Below are positions 6,016 through 14,992 of a stretch of 38,927 nt of DNA, in pieces (positions within the stretch are counted from its first letter, which is position 1; each line of letters opens with the position of its first letter). The notes beneath the pieces were generated by a model. It worked only from the letters and a program-made list of their open reading frames with translations, was not told where the DNA came from and made no database searches. The translations under genes and the position numbers were made by a program. The stretch is taken from positions 1 through 38,927 of the IMG/VR virus record IMGVR_UViG_3300028833_000309; one strand, 5' to 3'. Origin of the DNA: a virus.

Positions 6016-8021
6016 ATTTCCTCACTCACCTTATGCCTATACCTATCCTCAAACTCCTGATGCTTACCATCATTGAAAGTATCCACACCAAGATAATAAC
6101 CAGTGATACGATCATAAATCCTTAAATTAGTTGAACCACATATCGGGCAGACTTCGAGCTTATCATTAATTGTAAAGCTGCATTCCCTACAGAAAGTAAA
6201 GACCTTGGAGTATGCCCAGAATACTGGATTACCAATCTCCAATATCCTCTTGTTGAGTTTCCATATTGCTTCAGGGTCAGACCATACTTCACCACTCCAA
6301 ATATGCAAGATGTCTCCACCTAAAGACAAGTGGTGGAATCTTCCAGCATTCTCAATATGTTTCATCCAATGTGCATTATGACTTACTGGTATATGGTGTG
6401 AATTGGTTAGGTAAATATTGTCGCCTTTGCCTTGCACGTGTGCATTAGGGTATTTCCTACGATTTATCTTTGCAAAACGGAAACTTGTGCTTTCTGCTGG
6501 ACTTGCTATTACTGACCATCTTAAACCATCACGCTCATAGAATTCCTGTTTCTTCTTGTTGATGAATTCAATAATATCCACACCACACTCCATTATCTCC
6601 TCATGACTAATATCATAACCATACAATTCCATCAAACATTCATTCAAACCACAATAACCCAATGTAATAGTAGTTCTATCTATATCCCAAAGTGGCTCAC
6701 CAGTATCCTTATCCTCTTGCAATAGGAAATCGCTTATGTGCTTATTATAAACCATATCAATGACTACTTCCCTACGATGTATCAATGACTTGTAACAGAT
6801 TTCACACACTTCATCAAGTTTCATAAAGAAATCATCAATGTCAGGATTCTCCAAAGCCAATAATGGCAAGTTAATGGTATTGTACATGAAGTTTCCAGTA
6901 TTGACACAATCCTTATTGTAGTCGCCAGTGTAATTCATCGGAAGACTACTTCTACAACCCATAGTACTCCTTTCAAGCTCAAGGCAATTGTTATAATATA
7001 TAGTAGGATTATTAGCACCAGTTTCATGAAGGATTTTGCAGGTTCCTTTGTACTCATCTAAATCACCTTTACGAATGTTGAATAGTATGTTTGGGAAGCG
7101 GTGGTATGCTCCTTCTCCATCTTTTTCATTTGACACTTCGCAGACTGCTCGGAAGACAAGGTCGGCTTCCTCTTGATAGTCTTTGTAGGTTCCGATACTG
7201 ACTCCGCCGAATGAGATAGCCGGTTCATCCTTTAGCACATCAGGAACACTCAAATCCAATGCAATACTTGAGAATAATACTTGACCCCCTCTACATATCA
7301 ATGACATATTGCAATTGAAGATGAAACCTTGTATCGCTTGTTTAATGTCCTCATAACTCCTGCCTTTACAGAACGGAGCCAATAAAGTGTTGAAGTTGAC
7401 ATAGCCTTGACCACCACTAAATACTGTAGCACCAGCCATCCAAGCCTGCAACATATGATTAAGCAAAACCTCTAATGATTTAGCAGGTTTAGCCACTGAA
7501 CCCATATCACCACGACCATCAATCTTCAAACCATTCTTAGCAAAGAACCTAAGGTCATAGTTCATACAATTAGGTCTTAAATAGTAGTATTCCAAATCGT
7601 GAATGTGGATTAATCCTTCTTTGTGGGCTTCAGCACAATCACTAGGCATATTAAGTAGTGCATACTCTTTCATATTCGCATCGTAGATATACTTCGCCAC
7701 CATCTCTGGACTGTAACCAATATTAGCATTGTCTTTACAGCCATTATTGATAAGGTCTGTTATATCAGAGACTGACATTCCGAGTTTACGGGTTTTTTCT
7801 TCCTCTGCCACATAACCCTTCTTGACTAATTGGTTTGTGATTAATGATCGTATTGTAGAAGTTGAAATTTCTTCTTCGTATTTTTGGTGGATTAGTTTGA
7901 CCACATTGTTTTTTATCCTTTCAGCTTCTTCGTTGGATAAGTCAGTTTCTTCCAAGAGTTTATTCTTTATACGGATTGGTTGGAAGTCTTCTATTTCTCC
8001 ATCATTATTCAACACTTTCAT
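6012..8021 (-). CDS. nrdD: Anaerobic (class III) ribonucleoside-triphosphate reductase with N-terminal ATP cone
   Basis: ATP-cone N-terminus, IHIHDLEYY, NCMNYDL, finger-loop MGCRS, C-terminal CREC...CPICGS zinc site and glycyl-radical RITGYY. Start at 8021 (GGAGG RBS) preferred over 8072. Confidence 0.95.
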   Translation of the reverse strand: MKVLNNDGEIEDFQPIRIKNKLLEETDLSNEEAERIKNNVVKLIHQKYEEEISTSTIRSLITNQLVKKGYVAEEEKTRKLGMSVSDITDLINNGCKDNANIGYSPEMVAKYIYDANMKEYALLNMPSDCAEAHKEGLIHIHDLEYYYLRPNCMNYDLRFFAKNGLKIDGRGDMGSVAKPAKSLEVLLNHMLQAWMAGATVFSGGQGYVNFNTLLAPFCKGRSYEDIKQAIQGFIFNCNMSLICRGGQVLFSSIALDLSVPDVLKDEPAISFGGVSIGTYKDYQEEADLVFRAVCEVSNEKDGEGAYHRFPNILFNIRKGDLDEYKGTCKILHETGANNPTIYYNNCLELERSTMGCRSSLPMNYTGDYNKDCVNTGNFMYNTINLPLLALENPDIDDFFMKLDEVCEICYKSLIHRREVVIDMVYNKHISDFLLQEDKDTGEPLWDIDRTTITLGYCGLNECLMELYGYDISHEEIMECGVDIIEFINKKKQEFYERDGLRWSVIASPAESTSFRFAKINRRKYPNAHVQGKGDNIYLTNSHHIPVSHNAHWMKHIENAGRFHHLSLGGDILHIWSGEVWSDPEAIWKLNKRILEIGNPVFWAYSKVFTFCRECSFTINDKLEVCPICGSTNLRIYDRITGYYLGVDTFNDGKHQEFEDRYRHKVSEEI

Positions 8022-8502
8022 ATATCTTGTCCTCCTTGTAGTCGCCATCATAGGTTGTTGCGGTGCCATCATTTTTTATGGTTATTGCTTGTATGATTGC
8101 TTCGTTCTGACCACAAGTTATGGTTAGGTTGTTAGCATTGTATACTCCAATCCTTAATGTTCCTTCGAAACCATTGTCGCCAACACTACTTAATAACTGC
8201 AAACCGCATCTTGCAAAAGTGCTACGAATAAAGTAAAACTGGCAATAACCATTAGGGATACTTATAGGTCTATCCGCCACAATAGTGTAATAATTATGTG
8301 GATAGAACTTGTACACTCCATCACTTGGCTTTACTTCATAGGTTATTGGCAAGTGTTTCTCACCATCAACACAACCAATCAATTTATTGTTACGGTTAGT
8401 AGTGTGTTCAACCTTACCAATCCTCAAATCAATACCATTCTCCTTAACATCCTCTTCAAACTCTGGGAAGAGTTCCTTCAAACTTTCATTACCAATTATC
8501 AT
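8005..8502 (-). CDS. Trimeric dUTPase / dCTP deaminase family protein
   Basis: GIDLRI, RSTFARCGL, DNGFEGTL, AIIQAI and C-terminal YDGDY. The deaminase versus dUTPase activity cannot be decided by eye. Confidence 0.85.
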   Translation of the reverse strand: MIIGNESLKELFPEFEEDVKENGIDLRIGKVEHTTNRNNKLIGCVDGEKHLPITYEVKPSDGVYKFYPHNYYTIVADRPISIPNGYCQFYFIRSTFARCGLQLLSSVGDNGFEGTLRIGVYNANNLTITCGQNEAIIQAITIKNDGTATTYDGDYKEDKIYESVE

Positions 8503-8657
8503 TCTTCAACCTCTTTCTCTTCAAAATCTTCACAAGGCAAACCTTGACATTTAACTAACCTTTGACCAAAATCACTGAAATATTTGGGAAGTTTACAATA
8601 ACCCTCCCAACTTCGAAGTTCAGTGCTATTATACTTACAATCGTGCTGATTACTCAT
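8499..8657 (-). CDS. 52-aa Cys-rich peptide (not in ORF track)
   Basis: MSNQHDCKYNSTELRSWEGYCKLPKYFSDFGQRLVKCQGLPCEDFEEKEVEE; overlaps both neighbours operon-style. Confidence 0.55.
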   Translation of the reverse strand: MSNQHDCKYNSTELRSWEGYCKLPKYFSDFGQRLVKCQGLPCEDFEEKEVEE

Positions 8658-8814
8658 CTTCAACCTCTTCTAATTCACAAAACTTGTATAAAATCATAAA
8701 ATCCCCTTTAACAGTACGGTTATTCCAGTGGCACGTATGATAAACATGCTCACGACCAGTAAACCTTTCATAAAAAGGACAATCCCCACAATCTGTAACC
8801 CTGATAACCTTCAT
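8650..8814 (-). CDS. Small Cys-rich protein
   Basis: DCGDCPFY...HTCHW...KFCEL; start at 8814 preferred (GAGGG RBS). Confidence 0.6.
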   Translation of the reverse strand: MKVIRVTDCGDCPFYERFTGREHVYHTCHWNNRTVKGDFMILYKFCELEEVEDE

Positions 8815-10450
8815 AACATCCCTCACGATCAATAACCTCATAGGCGAAACTTTTCACCATTGGGAATTTATCTTTATCCCAATCATTCATTATGCAACAA
8901 TCACGGACAAGGTCCGCCACTCTCTTATCCTTATAGGTTCCGAAGTAACCAATGTTCTTCTTCCTTACCATATAATGACTGACATATTTTTCACCAGTTT
9001 TCTTGCTAGTGTAGTAATGTGGATAAACCCATCTTTTGCTATTGACTACACTCTTCCAACCGTGCTTCGCTTGTATATCTTTAAGCTTTGACTTATCCCA
9101 GTTGCACTTTTGCAAGTCATTGCTAATCTTATCAGCCAGTTCTCTTGTAGGGTATGCTCCGAAATATTCGGATTGTTGAGTAACCTTGTTACGATGATAA
9201 ATCAAATAGGGGCTTTTCTCTCGTTTATGGTGGGAAACATAATTGGTGTTCTTGTAATGGATACTGGTATCAGGTTGGTAGATTTTCTCCTTCTGCACCA
9301 ATACCTCGTTTGGATGTTCTCCACTCTCACAGATGGTTTTGAACTCTGACCAGGAACTGTCATATTCATTGACGAGTATGTTCCTGATGTTCATACCAGT
9401 GGTTCCTGCAAGTTTAGCATAATCTTCTTGTGATAGGTTCGGCTCGTCCTGTATTAGTGTAAAAAGGGTGTTGAACAATTCGGTCCTGTCCTTCCTATCG
9501 GATAAGTTACGTATCTTCCTTTCAGGATAAGGAGGGAGTTCCATATCATAGTAAGGATTCTCCAAGTCATTGGCACATTCGCAGACAAGTTCCTCATTCC
9601 AATCATACTTGACCAATAAATCACGTTCCCATAATGCGTCTTCAAGTCTACGAAAATACAAATGCTCCAACTTATCATCTTGACTATGCTTAGGAGTAAT
9701 GCTCACACACCAACCATTATACTTAGGAAACACGAACTTATACAAGTTCATAAGCCAAGTGTACCAAATAGGATAATTATCCACTATCTCATCAAGCTTA
9801 CTCTTATCCCATCCACACTTGTTCAACTCTTCCCTTACATAATAAGCCATCTCAAAAGTAGGATAAGCACCATAATACTCCTTACCAAGATTAACACGAT
9901 TAGATTGGGCAGAATTCCTAGTAATACTACCTTTACGCCTAGGAGCCTTCGGAATCATAACCAACCTTTCAGGTACAGGATACTCCAAACCATTCTCAAG
10001 GTATGGGTTGCCAGTTATTAGATCCATCTCGTAAGGTCTTTTAGGGTATTTCCATTCGTGTTCTATGCAAATGTCTCGGTACCATAATGCTTCTTCTATG
10101 GTTTTTGTGCAGCCACGGAACTTGTTGCCTTTGGTTATGTTGTAATGGGTTATGTCCTTGTGGATGTTCCTATAGTATCGTTTGGTTTTCTGTTCAATGG
10201 TTAATGCTTCATCCTTGACCCATCCATTATGGATTAATCGGTCTCTTGCTTCTAATGCTTCTTGGAATGTGTCATAGGTTCCGTAATGTGTCCTCACATT
10301 ATCTTTCCTTCTTTCGATGAAGTATTTCCCATTGTTGTTCTTGTAGATGTTACGCCCATGTGCTTTCTCGTAGGGTGTTTTCTGCCAAGGCTTCAAATGG
10401 CTGAATGGGTTCTCCACTTCCAAGTCTTCCATATAATCAGTAATCATCAT
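8768..10450 (-). CDS. Multi-repeat AP2-like DNA-binding protein with internal HTH
   Basis: About six repeats of a Y(F/Y)G.Y.T.E.A...RD.L....W pattern plus LSQEDYAKLAGTTGMNIRNIL (HTH-like). Confidence 0.6.
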   Translation of the reverse strand: MMITDYMEDLEVENPFSHLKPWQKTPYEKAHGRNIYKNNNGKYFIERRKDNVRTHYGTYDTFQEALEARDRLIHNGWVKDEALTIEQKTKRYYRNIHKDITHYNITKGNKFRGCTKTIEEALWYRDICIEHEWKYPKRPYEMDLITGNPYLENGLEYPVPERLVMIPKAPRRKGSITRNSAQSNRVNLGKEYYGAYPTFEMAYYVREELNKCGWDKSKLDEIVDNYPIWYTWLMNLYKFVFPKYNGWCVSITPKHSQDDKLEHLYFRRLEDALWERDLLVKYDWNEELVCECANDLENPYYDMELPPYPERKIRNLSDRKDRTELFNTLFTLIQDEPNLSQEDYAKLAGTTGMNIRNILVNEYDSSWSEFKTICESGEHPNEVLVQKEKIYQPDTSIHYKNTNYVSHHKREKSPYLIYHRNKVTQQSEYFGAYPTRELADKISNDLQKCNWDKSKLKDIQAKHGWKSVVNSKRWVYPHYYTSKKTGEKYVSHYMVRKKNIGYFGTYKDKRVADLVRDCCIMNDWDKDKFPMVKSFAYEVIDREGCYEGYQGYRLWGLSFL

Positions 10451-11136
10451 TTCTCCCCCTTATGAATGAACTCATATACATTAGTGGCGGTTTTGTCTCC
10501 GATTCCATCTATTAGTTTGAAATCGTTGATTGTTAGGTTCATTAAATCATACACATTGGATAAGTTATGTGTTTTCCTTATGGCTTCTGCCTTTTTAGTG
10601 CTTATGCCTTTGGCACTTGTGAGGAGAACATCGATTGGGTCTTGTGATGGTATTGGTCTTGTAACATTGCTATAGAATTTTGACTTCCCATCAAGACACT
10701 TAATCGCTTGGAGTAGCATCTCATCAAACGCTTGCTCCTCCTTAACAACAAGGATAGGACAAGTGAAAGTCCTTAACCTACGCAAAGCACCAAAATACCT
10801 ACCCAAATTAGTGTGAAGGTACTTATCATAACGATTATGCCATTTAGCAGAGGCATATTTCCAGTTGTCATCTAACCAAGTCCTCAAATTGCCTTGCACA
10901 ATAACAAAATGATAATCATACACTAATGCTTGGTTCATCGCTTCATTAAACAAAGACTCATTAAGGATACTTGACATGAAGTCGCCAATCTCCTTATACT
11001 CAAACACTACACGATCGCTAAAGACATAATCACCAACATCCAAAGATTTAATGGTGCTGGAGTGTCCTTTACCAGCATAAAAATCAGCAGCACGAATCTT
11101 ACGAGCTTTCTCCCTTGAATCAATTAGGATATTCAT
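10447..11136 (-). CDS. ERCC4/XPF-family structure-specific nuclease with HhH motifs
   Basis: ILIDSRE, GDY, FEYK-x3-D (ERK-x2-SD equivalent); HhH-like GISTKKA and GIGDKTA. Confidence 0.88.
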   Translation of the reverse strand: MNILIDSREKARKIRAADFYAGKGHSSTIKSLDVGDYVFSDRVVFEYKEIGDFMSSILNESLFNEAMNQALVYDYHFVIVQGNLRTWLDDNWKYASAKWHNRYDKYLHTNLGRYFGALRRLRTFTCPILVVKEEQAFDEMLLQAIKCLDGKSKFYSNVTRPIPSQDPIDVLLTSAKGISTKKAEAIRKTHNLSNVYDLMNLTINDFKLIDGIGDKTATNVYEFIHKGEK

Positions 11137-11393
11137 ACTTTCACCCAGTAATATTTGAGATTGCCCCTCTTCTCAGATTCCACATCATAAAAGATATGAT
11201 TAGGATTATACCGTCCTTTGCTTAACAAGTACGCTACAAGTCTTGCATTGCAAAGGCTACGGTTCAAGCAGAAATTAGCACTGTTAATCCAACTGCTAAT
11301 CTCCTTAGCTGTAAACTTCTTTCCCTTATGGAATACTAGGAAAGCCTTAATCAAAGCCCTTAACTTAGTATCCCTTATTTTCTCGCTTGTCAT
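11133..11393 (-). CDS. Small basic winged-helix-like protein
   Basis: FTAKEISSWI helix pattern with a C-terminal beta hairpin ending KYYWV. Confidence 0.5.
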   Translation of the reverse strand: MTSEKIRDTKLRALIKAFLVFHKGKKFTAKEISSWINSANFCLNRSLCNARLVAYLLSKGRYNPNHIFYDVESEKRGNLKYYWVKV

Positions 11394-11707
11394 TTTCGTC
11401 TTTCTCCCAAAAGCTTCCTTAATTTTAACACATTCTTATAAACCTGTACCTTATCATAACCATAGGTTCCTTCACCATGCTTTAGATAATCTTCCTCTTC
11501 ACTAATCTTGTTGCGAAGTTCGTTTTTCGCGACTTCTTCACGAATCCATTCGTCATCGAATATGCAATGACTATGTTCGCAATACTTATGATGGCTCACT
11601 GGTGAATAGTTGCAACTGTAAGGATTCGGCTCGGATTCCTTTTTACGGCTTATTGCATCGAATTTCCTATCCTTTGACTCTTGCAAATATTTCTTGAAAT
11701 TCACCAT
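11390..11707 (-). CDS. Hypothetical protein
   Basis: Start at 11707 (GGTGA RBS, MVNFKK) preferred over 11737. Confidence 0.6.
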   Translation of the reverse strand: MVNFKKYLQESKDRKFDAISRKKESEPNPYSCNYSPVSHHKYCEHSHCIFDDEWIREEVAKNELRNKISEEEDYLKHGEGTYGYDKVQVYKNVLKLRKLLGERRK

Positions 11708-11727
11708 AATTATCACCAAAGTCTTGC

Positions 11728-11905
11728 AGTCGCGCAAAGTCGCGAAATTCTGAAGTTTCGCGAGTTAAACCAATCTCCAACCTTCAAATCACAAAATAAC
11801 AATTTTAAGCCATTTTTGAAAAGTCGCGAAGCAAATTTCAGAAATGTATAAAGACACACACATACATAGACTATGTGAAATTGACTTTCGCGATTGCGCG
11901 ACTTT
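11728..11905. repeat. Cluster of six TCGCG-core motifs in inverted arrangement; candidate replication origin
   Basis: tcgcga at 11740, 11758, 11824 and 11888; gtcgcgc at 11729 and its inverse gcgcgac at 11896. Lies directly downstream of the helicase-like gene. Confidence 0.6.
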
Positions 11906-13600
11906 CTACCAATTAGGTCTTTTGATGCTATCATCATGATCCATAATTGTCAAGTCAGGTATTGGTTTATCATCATCCAGTATGGTTAATATTTCATCAC
12001 CTAATTCTTCCCTTATTATTTTCCTTATTTTTGGGCTTAATGCTAAGTGTTCTTCGAGTGTGGCTTTGTTGAATTTACCAGTTAATTCGTAGACATAAGC
12101 ATTGCCCTTCCTTTCTTTAACCCTTACGAACCCTCTACTGTTCAGTTCCTTGAAGTAGTTTTGCATACTGCGTTTGGATAGGTTGAGTTTGCTGTATTCA
12201 AGGTAATCGTTTATGGTCCAGCCACCTTCACCTTCTACTGATGGTAGTTCGGATTGCCCATCATCGGTTATGTGTGGTTGTCTTTCAAGTTCCATTAATT
12301 CCTTGATAATATCTGTAGCGTGCAAGGATAGGTTCTCGCTAATGGATAGCTCATACTTATTCAATAAGGTGAGGAATAGTTGAACATCCTCTGCACTGAC
12401 ATATAGGAGCTTCCTTCCATCTCTTTCATAGATGGTTTTGTGATGGTAATTGAAGATAGTGATAACCTTTAACAGGTTATTGTATTTAGGGAAATCACGT
12501 TTGTAGTATTCACTATTGGATAATAAGTCATTGACCACATCAACATATGGGTTGATTATTGCCACATCATTCGCGAGACTCCTTAAATAATAAACCATAT
12601 AAGGTATCTGCTTTGACAATTTAACCATCCTTTGCATATAATCATATGCTTTACCTTGAAACTCAATCATACGATTACGATTATTGAACTCTTTCTTATT
12701 GTCAATCCTTGGAGTTATCAGTATTGATCGTGATAGTTCCTGCTCATCAAACTCATAATTAGGTACAGTAGTGTAGGTTAAACAAGGCTTACCAATCAAG
12801 TTAAGTTCCCTTGTCTCCCAAGCACCATCTGTCTTGACAGCTACAGGTTTACTGACAAAACCCTCTGACTGTAATTCTTTCATGATGTTCTTGGACTCTT
12901 CCATAAAATTCTGGTCATTACTTCCACCCATATCTCCATAGTTCACAATCTTACCATCATAAAAGTATTCGGATTGTTCTGCTCTACGGAATAATGCAGC
13001 TTGAGTGATGTTCTTCTCATTAACGATAAACTCACTAGGAATAAGACTCATAGCGACTTCTTCGATATGAGATTTACCACTTCCAGCTTCACCTAAAGCA
13101 ATGACTGATATAGGGTTCTTTAGGATTACTTGGCTACAGTATGCTAAAAAACAGAGTAATATATTATTCCTTTCACCTGCAGTTAACCATTCAACTATAC
13201 TACCAATCCAAAGTAGTGGATTATCCAAAGACTGTAGTTTTTCCTCTGCCTTGTCAATCTTCTCCTTAAGACTGGTCTGCTTATCACGAATCTCTTCATT
13301 AACCAATTCCTGATTAGCTAACACGATAGTGGAATAATTGTTCTGCAAGGTCGGAAGTATTTCCTTGTCAATAGTATTCCTTAAGCCCTCTGGTGATAAA
13401 AAAGAGTTTGGATCTACCAGTTCCTTTATCTGCTTCCAGACGCTTGTGGTACTGGTTAGTTCGATGGGTTGTTTGTTGGTTATTCGTTTGATTTCGGTCT
13501 TGTTTTGGTAGAATGTGTATGTGCATTGGTTTTTTGGAGCTGGAGTTACTTCTACATGGTAACCTTCTTTATCGTTTAATGGTAGTGTTATTGGCTCCAT
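11906..13600 (-). CDS. P-loop NTPase, putative replicative helicase/initiator with C-terminal wHTH
   Basis: Walker A GEAGSGKSH; ELSR arginine-finger-like motif; wHTH LSKRSMQNYFKELNSRGFV...AYVY. Confidence 0.75.
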   Translation of the reverse strand: MEPITLPLNDKEGYHVEVTPAPKNQCTYTFYQNKTEIKRITNKQPIELTSTTSVWKQIKELVDPNSFLSPEGLRNTIDKEILPTLQNNYSTIVLANQELVNEEIRDKQTSLKEKIDKAEEKLQSLDNPLLWIGSIVEWLTAGERNNILLCFLAYCSQVILKNPISVIALGEAGSGKSHIEEVAMSLIPSEFIVNEKNITQAALFRRAEQSEYFYDGKIVNYGDMGGSNDQNFMEESKNIMKELQSEGFVSKPVAVKTDGAWETRELNLIGKPCLTYTTVPNYEFDEQELSRSILITPRIDNKKEFNNRNRMIEFQGKAYDYMQRMVKLSKQIPYMVYYLRSLANDVAIINPYVDVVNDLLSNSEYYKRDFPKYNNLLKVITIFNYHHKTIYERDGRKLLYVSAEDVQLFLTLLNKYELSISENLSLHATDIIKELMELERQPHITDDGQSELPSVEGEGGWTINDYLEYSKLNLSKRSMQNYFKELNSRGFVRVKERKGNAYVYELTGKFNKATLEEHLALSPKIRKIIREELGDEILTILDDDKPIPDLTIMDHDDSIKRPNW

Positions 13601-13647
13601 TTTTTATGCACCCATTCGTCTTTCATTTTTAATAAAAAAAATAGTAT

Positions 13648-14193
13648 TTAGGATAATTCGGTTATCCTAAATGAGTTGTAACTGAAACTTCCTGTTTTTG
13701 TTACGATTTCGACTGTCATACTCTCTTTGGAATTAATGTATGTTTCCCATTCGGAGAGGTCTACTCTTTTGATACGGTTGAAGAGTGTGGTCCATTGTGG
13801 ATTGTTCAAGTTTTGAATGCCACCGATTAGTGCATAGAGGCTTGAAGCATTATGCACGTTGGTTTGCACATCACCCTTTTGCTTGAGGTTAATGTTGATT
13901 TGAAGGTACTCTTCACCCTCATCATCGATAAGTAATAGTCTTGACCTATATCTTGGGTCTTCTTCCTCATCGAATTGCACAACTTCAACTGGCAAGAGTA
14001 ATGGTCTGCCTTCGTATTCATCGCCATCATCCAATTCGTTCAAGTTGATACGGGTGTAACTGTACCAGTCATAATCCATACCAGTTTCCTCAACAAAGTC
14101 TGCCTCCACTGATGGGAGTTCAGATTTTGGTTCATCTTCCACTTTTTCAATGTAATCTAAGAATTCTTCGCTTTTGGTTTTTTTCACTGCCAT
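13648..14193 (-). CDS. Acidic beta-rich protein, possible ssDNA-binding protein
   Basis: Position between SSAP and helicase, beta-strand patterning. Function inferred from context only. Confidence 0.45.
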   Translation of the reverse strand: MAVKKTKSEEFLDYIEKVEDEPKSELPSVEADFVEETGMDYDWYSYTRINLNELDDGDEYEGRPLLLPVEVVQFDEEEDPRYRSRLLLIDDEGEEYLQININLKQKGDVQTNVHNASSLYALIGGIQNLNNPQWTTLFNRIKRVDLSEWETYINSKESMTVEIVTKTGSFSYNSFRITELS

Positions 14194-14194
14194 A

Positions 14195-14803
14195 TTATTC
14201 CACATCCACATCTATAATATTCGCTTCTGCTCTTTGCAAGTCATCTTCAACACTACTAGTATTGGATTGTTTGAACCTTGGCATTTCCTCTGCAGGAGTA
14301 GGTTCATAATCAGCCATCTTAACAATCCAAGACAAAGCCATACGATAAGCTTTACCCAATGCACGAGTCTGTGCCATTGAATAGACTGATGGTCTGTCCT
14401 TCTGCATATTGTTACGCTCCGCCATAGCACTAGCACGGCTAAGGATAGTATCACCTTGCCTAATGGACACAGTAGCCTTATACATAAACTTATGCTTATG
14501 GTCTGTTGGTATCTCCTCAACACTCTCCACGTAAGGAGTGCAACCAAGCATAGTACCCAATACTTCCCATCCTTCAGCAGTAACATATTCAGATGGTCCG
14601 ATTTTAACTGCAAGGTCTTGACTTTGAATCACATTCTTGAGTGAAGCTGCCACTTTAGTAGCAACTTCTATTTTGTCATCAAAGGAATAGTCCATATTGA
14701 GAATGTCAGCATCACGAATCACTGGTTTATGATCGCTCACTTGTTCGACTACTACCACATCAGTGGTTACATCTTCGTTAGTTTTTTTCTTCTTAACAGC
14801 CAT
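14195..14803 (-). CDS. Single-strand annealing protein (Rad52/Sak/ERF/RecT-like superfamily)
   Basis: MAQTRALGKAYRMAL...EPTPAEEMP resembles the conserved C-terminal SSAP helix and TPxEE motif. Confidence 0.7.
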   Translation of the reverse strand: MAVKKKKTNEDVTTDVVVVEQVSDHKPVIRDADILNMDYSFDDKIEVATKVAASLKNVIQSQDLAVKIGPSEYVTAEGWEVLGTMLGCTPYVESVEEIPTDHKHKFMYKATVSIRQGDTILSRASAMAERNNMQKDRPSVYSMAQTRALGKAYRMALSWIVKMADYEPTPAEEMPRFKQSNTSSVEDDLQRAEANIIDVDVE

Positions 14804-14818
14804 ACTGAATCATCTCTC

Positions 14819-14992
14819 TTAGAGGAACCCATAAGTAGGCCCTTTTAATATAAAGCAGATTGCTAGGAATAATATCATTCCTAGGACAATCGCGGTGGTC
14901 ATACTGATACGAATTACAATATCATTTTGCAAGACTGACTCTCTTGGGTCTGCCCTGTAAAGTGTACGTGGTTGTTGTTTCTTTGTCATCAT
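14819..14992 (-). CDS. 57-aa single-transmembrane protein (not in ORF track)
   Basis: MMTKKQQPRTLYRADPRESVLQNDIVIRISMTTAIVLGMILFLAICFILKGPTYGFL; ATGA overlap with the upstream stop. Confidence 0.6.
   Translation of the reverse strand: MMTKKQQPRTLYRADPRESVLQNDIVIRISMTTAIVLGMILFLAICFILKGPTYGFL

Noticed and set aside
8022-8072. N-terminal extension of nrdD (MMAPQQP...) and similar long starts at 3803, 11737, 14211, 21482 and 22595
   Set aside because: Downstream ATGs have clear RBSs and avoid long overlaps.
11713-11937. 74-aa ORF over the TCGCG repeats
   Set aside because: It overlaps the helicase end, and the repeat symmetry is better explained at DNA level.
12140-12175. KRSMQNYF as a PCNA-interacting PIP box
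   Set aside because: It lacks the Gln and lies in the predicted wHTH recognition helix.
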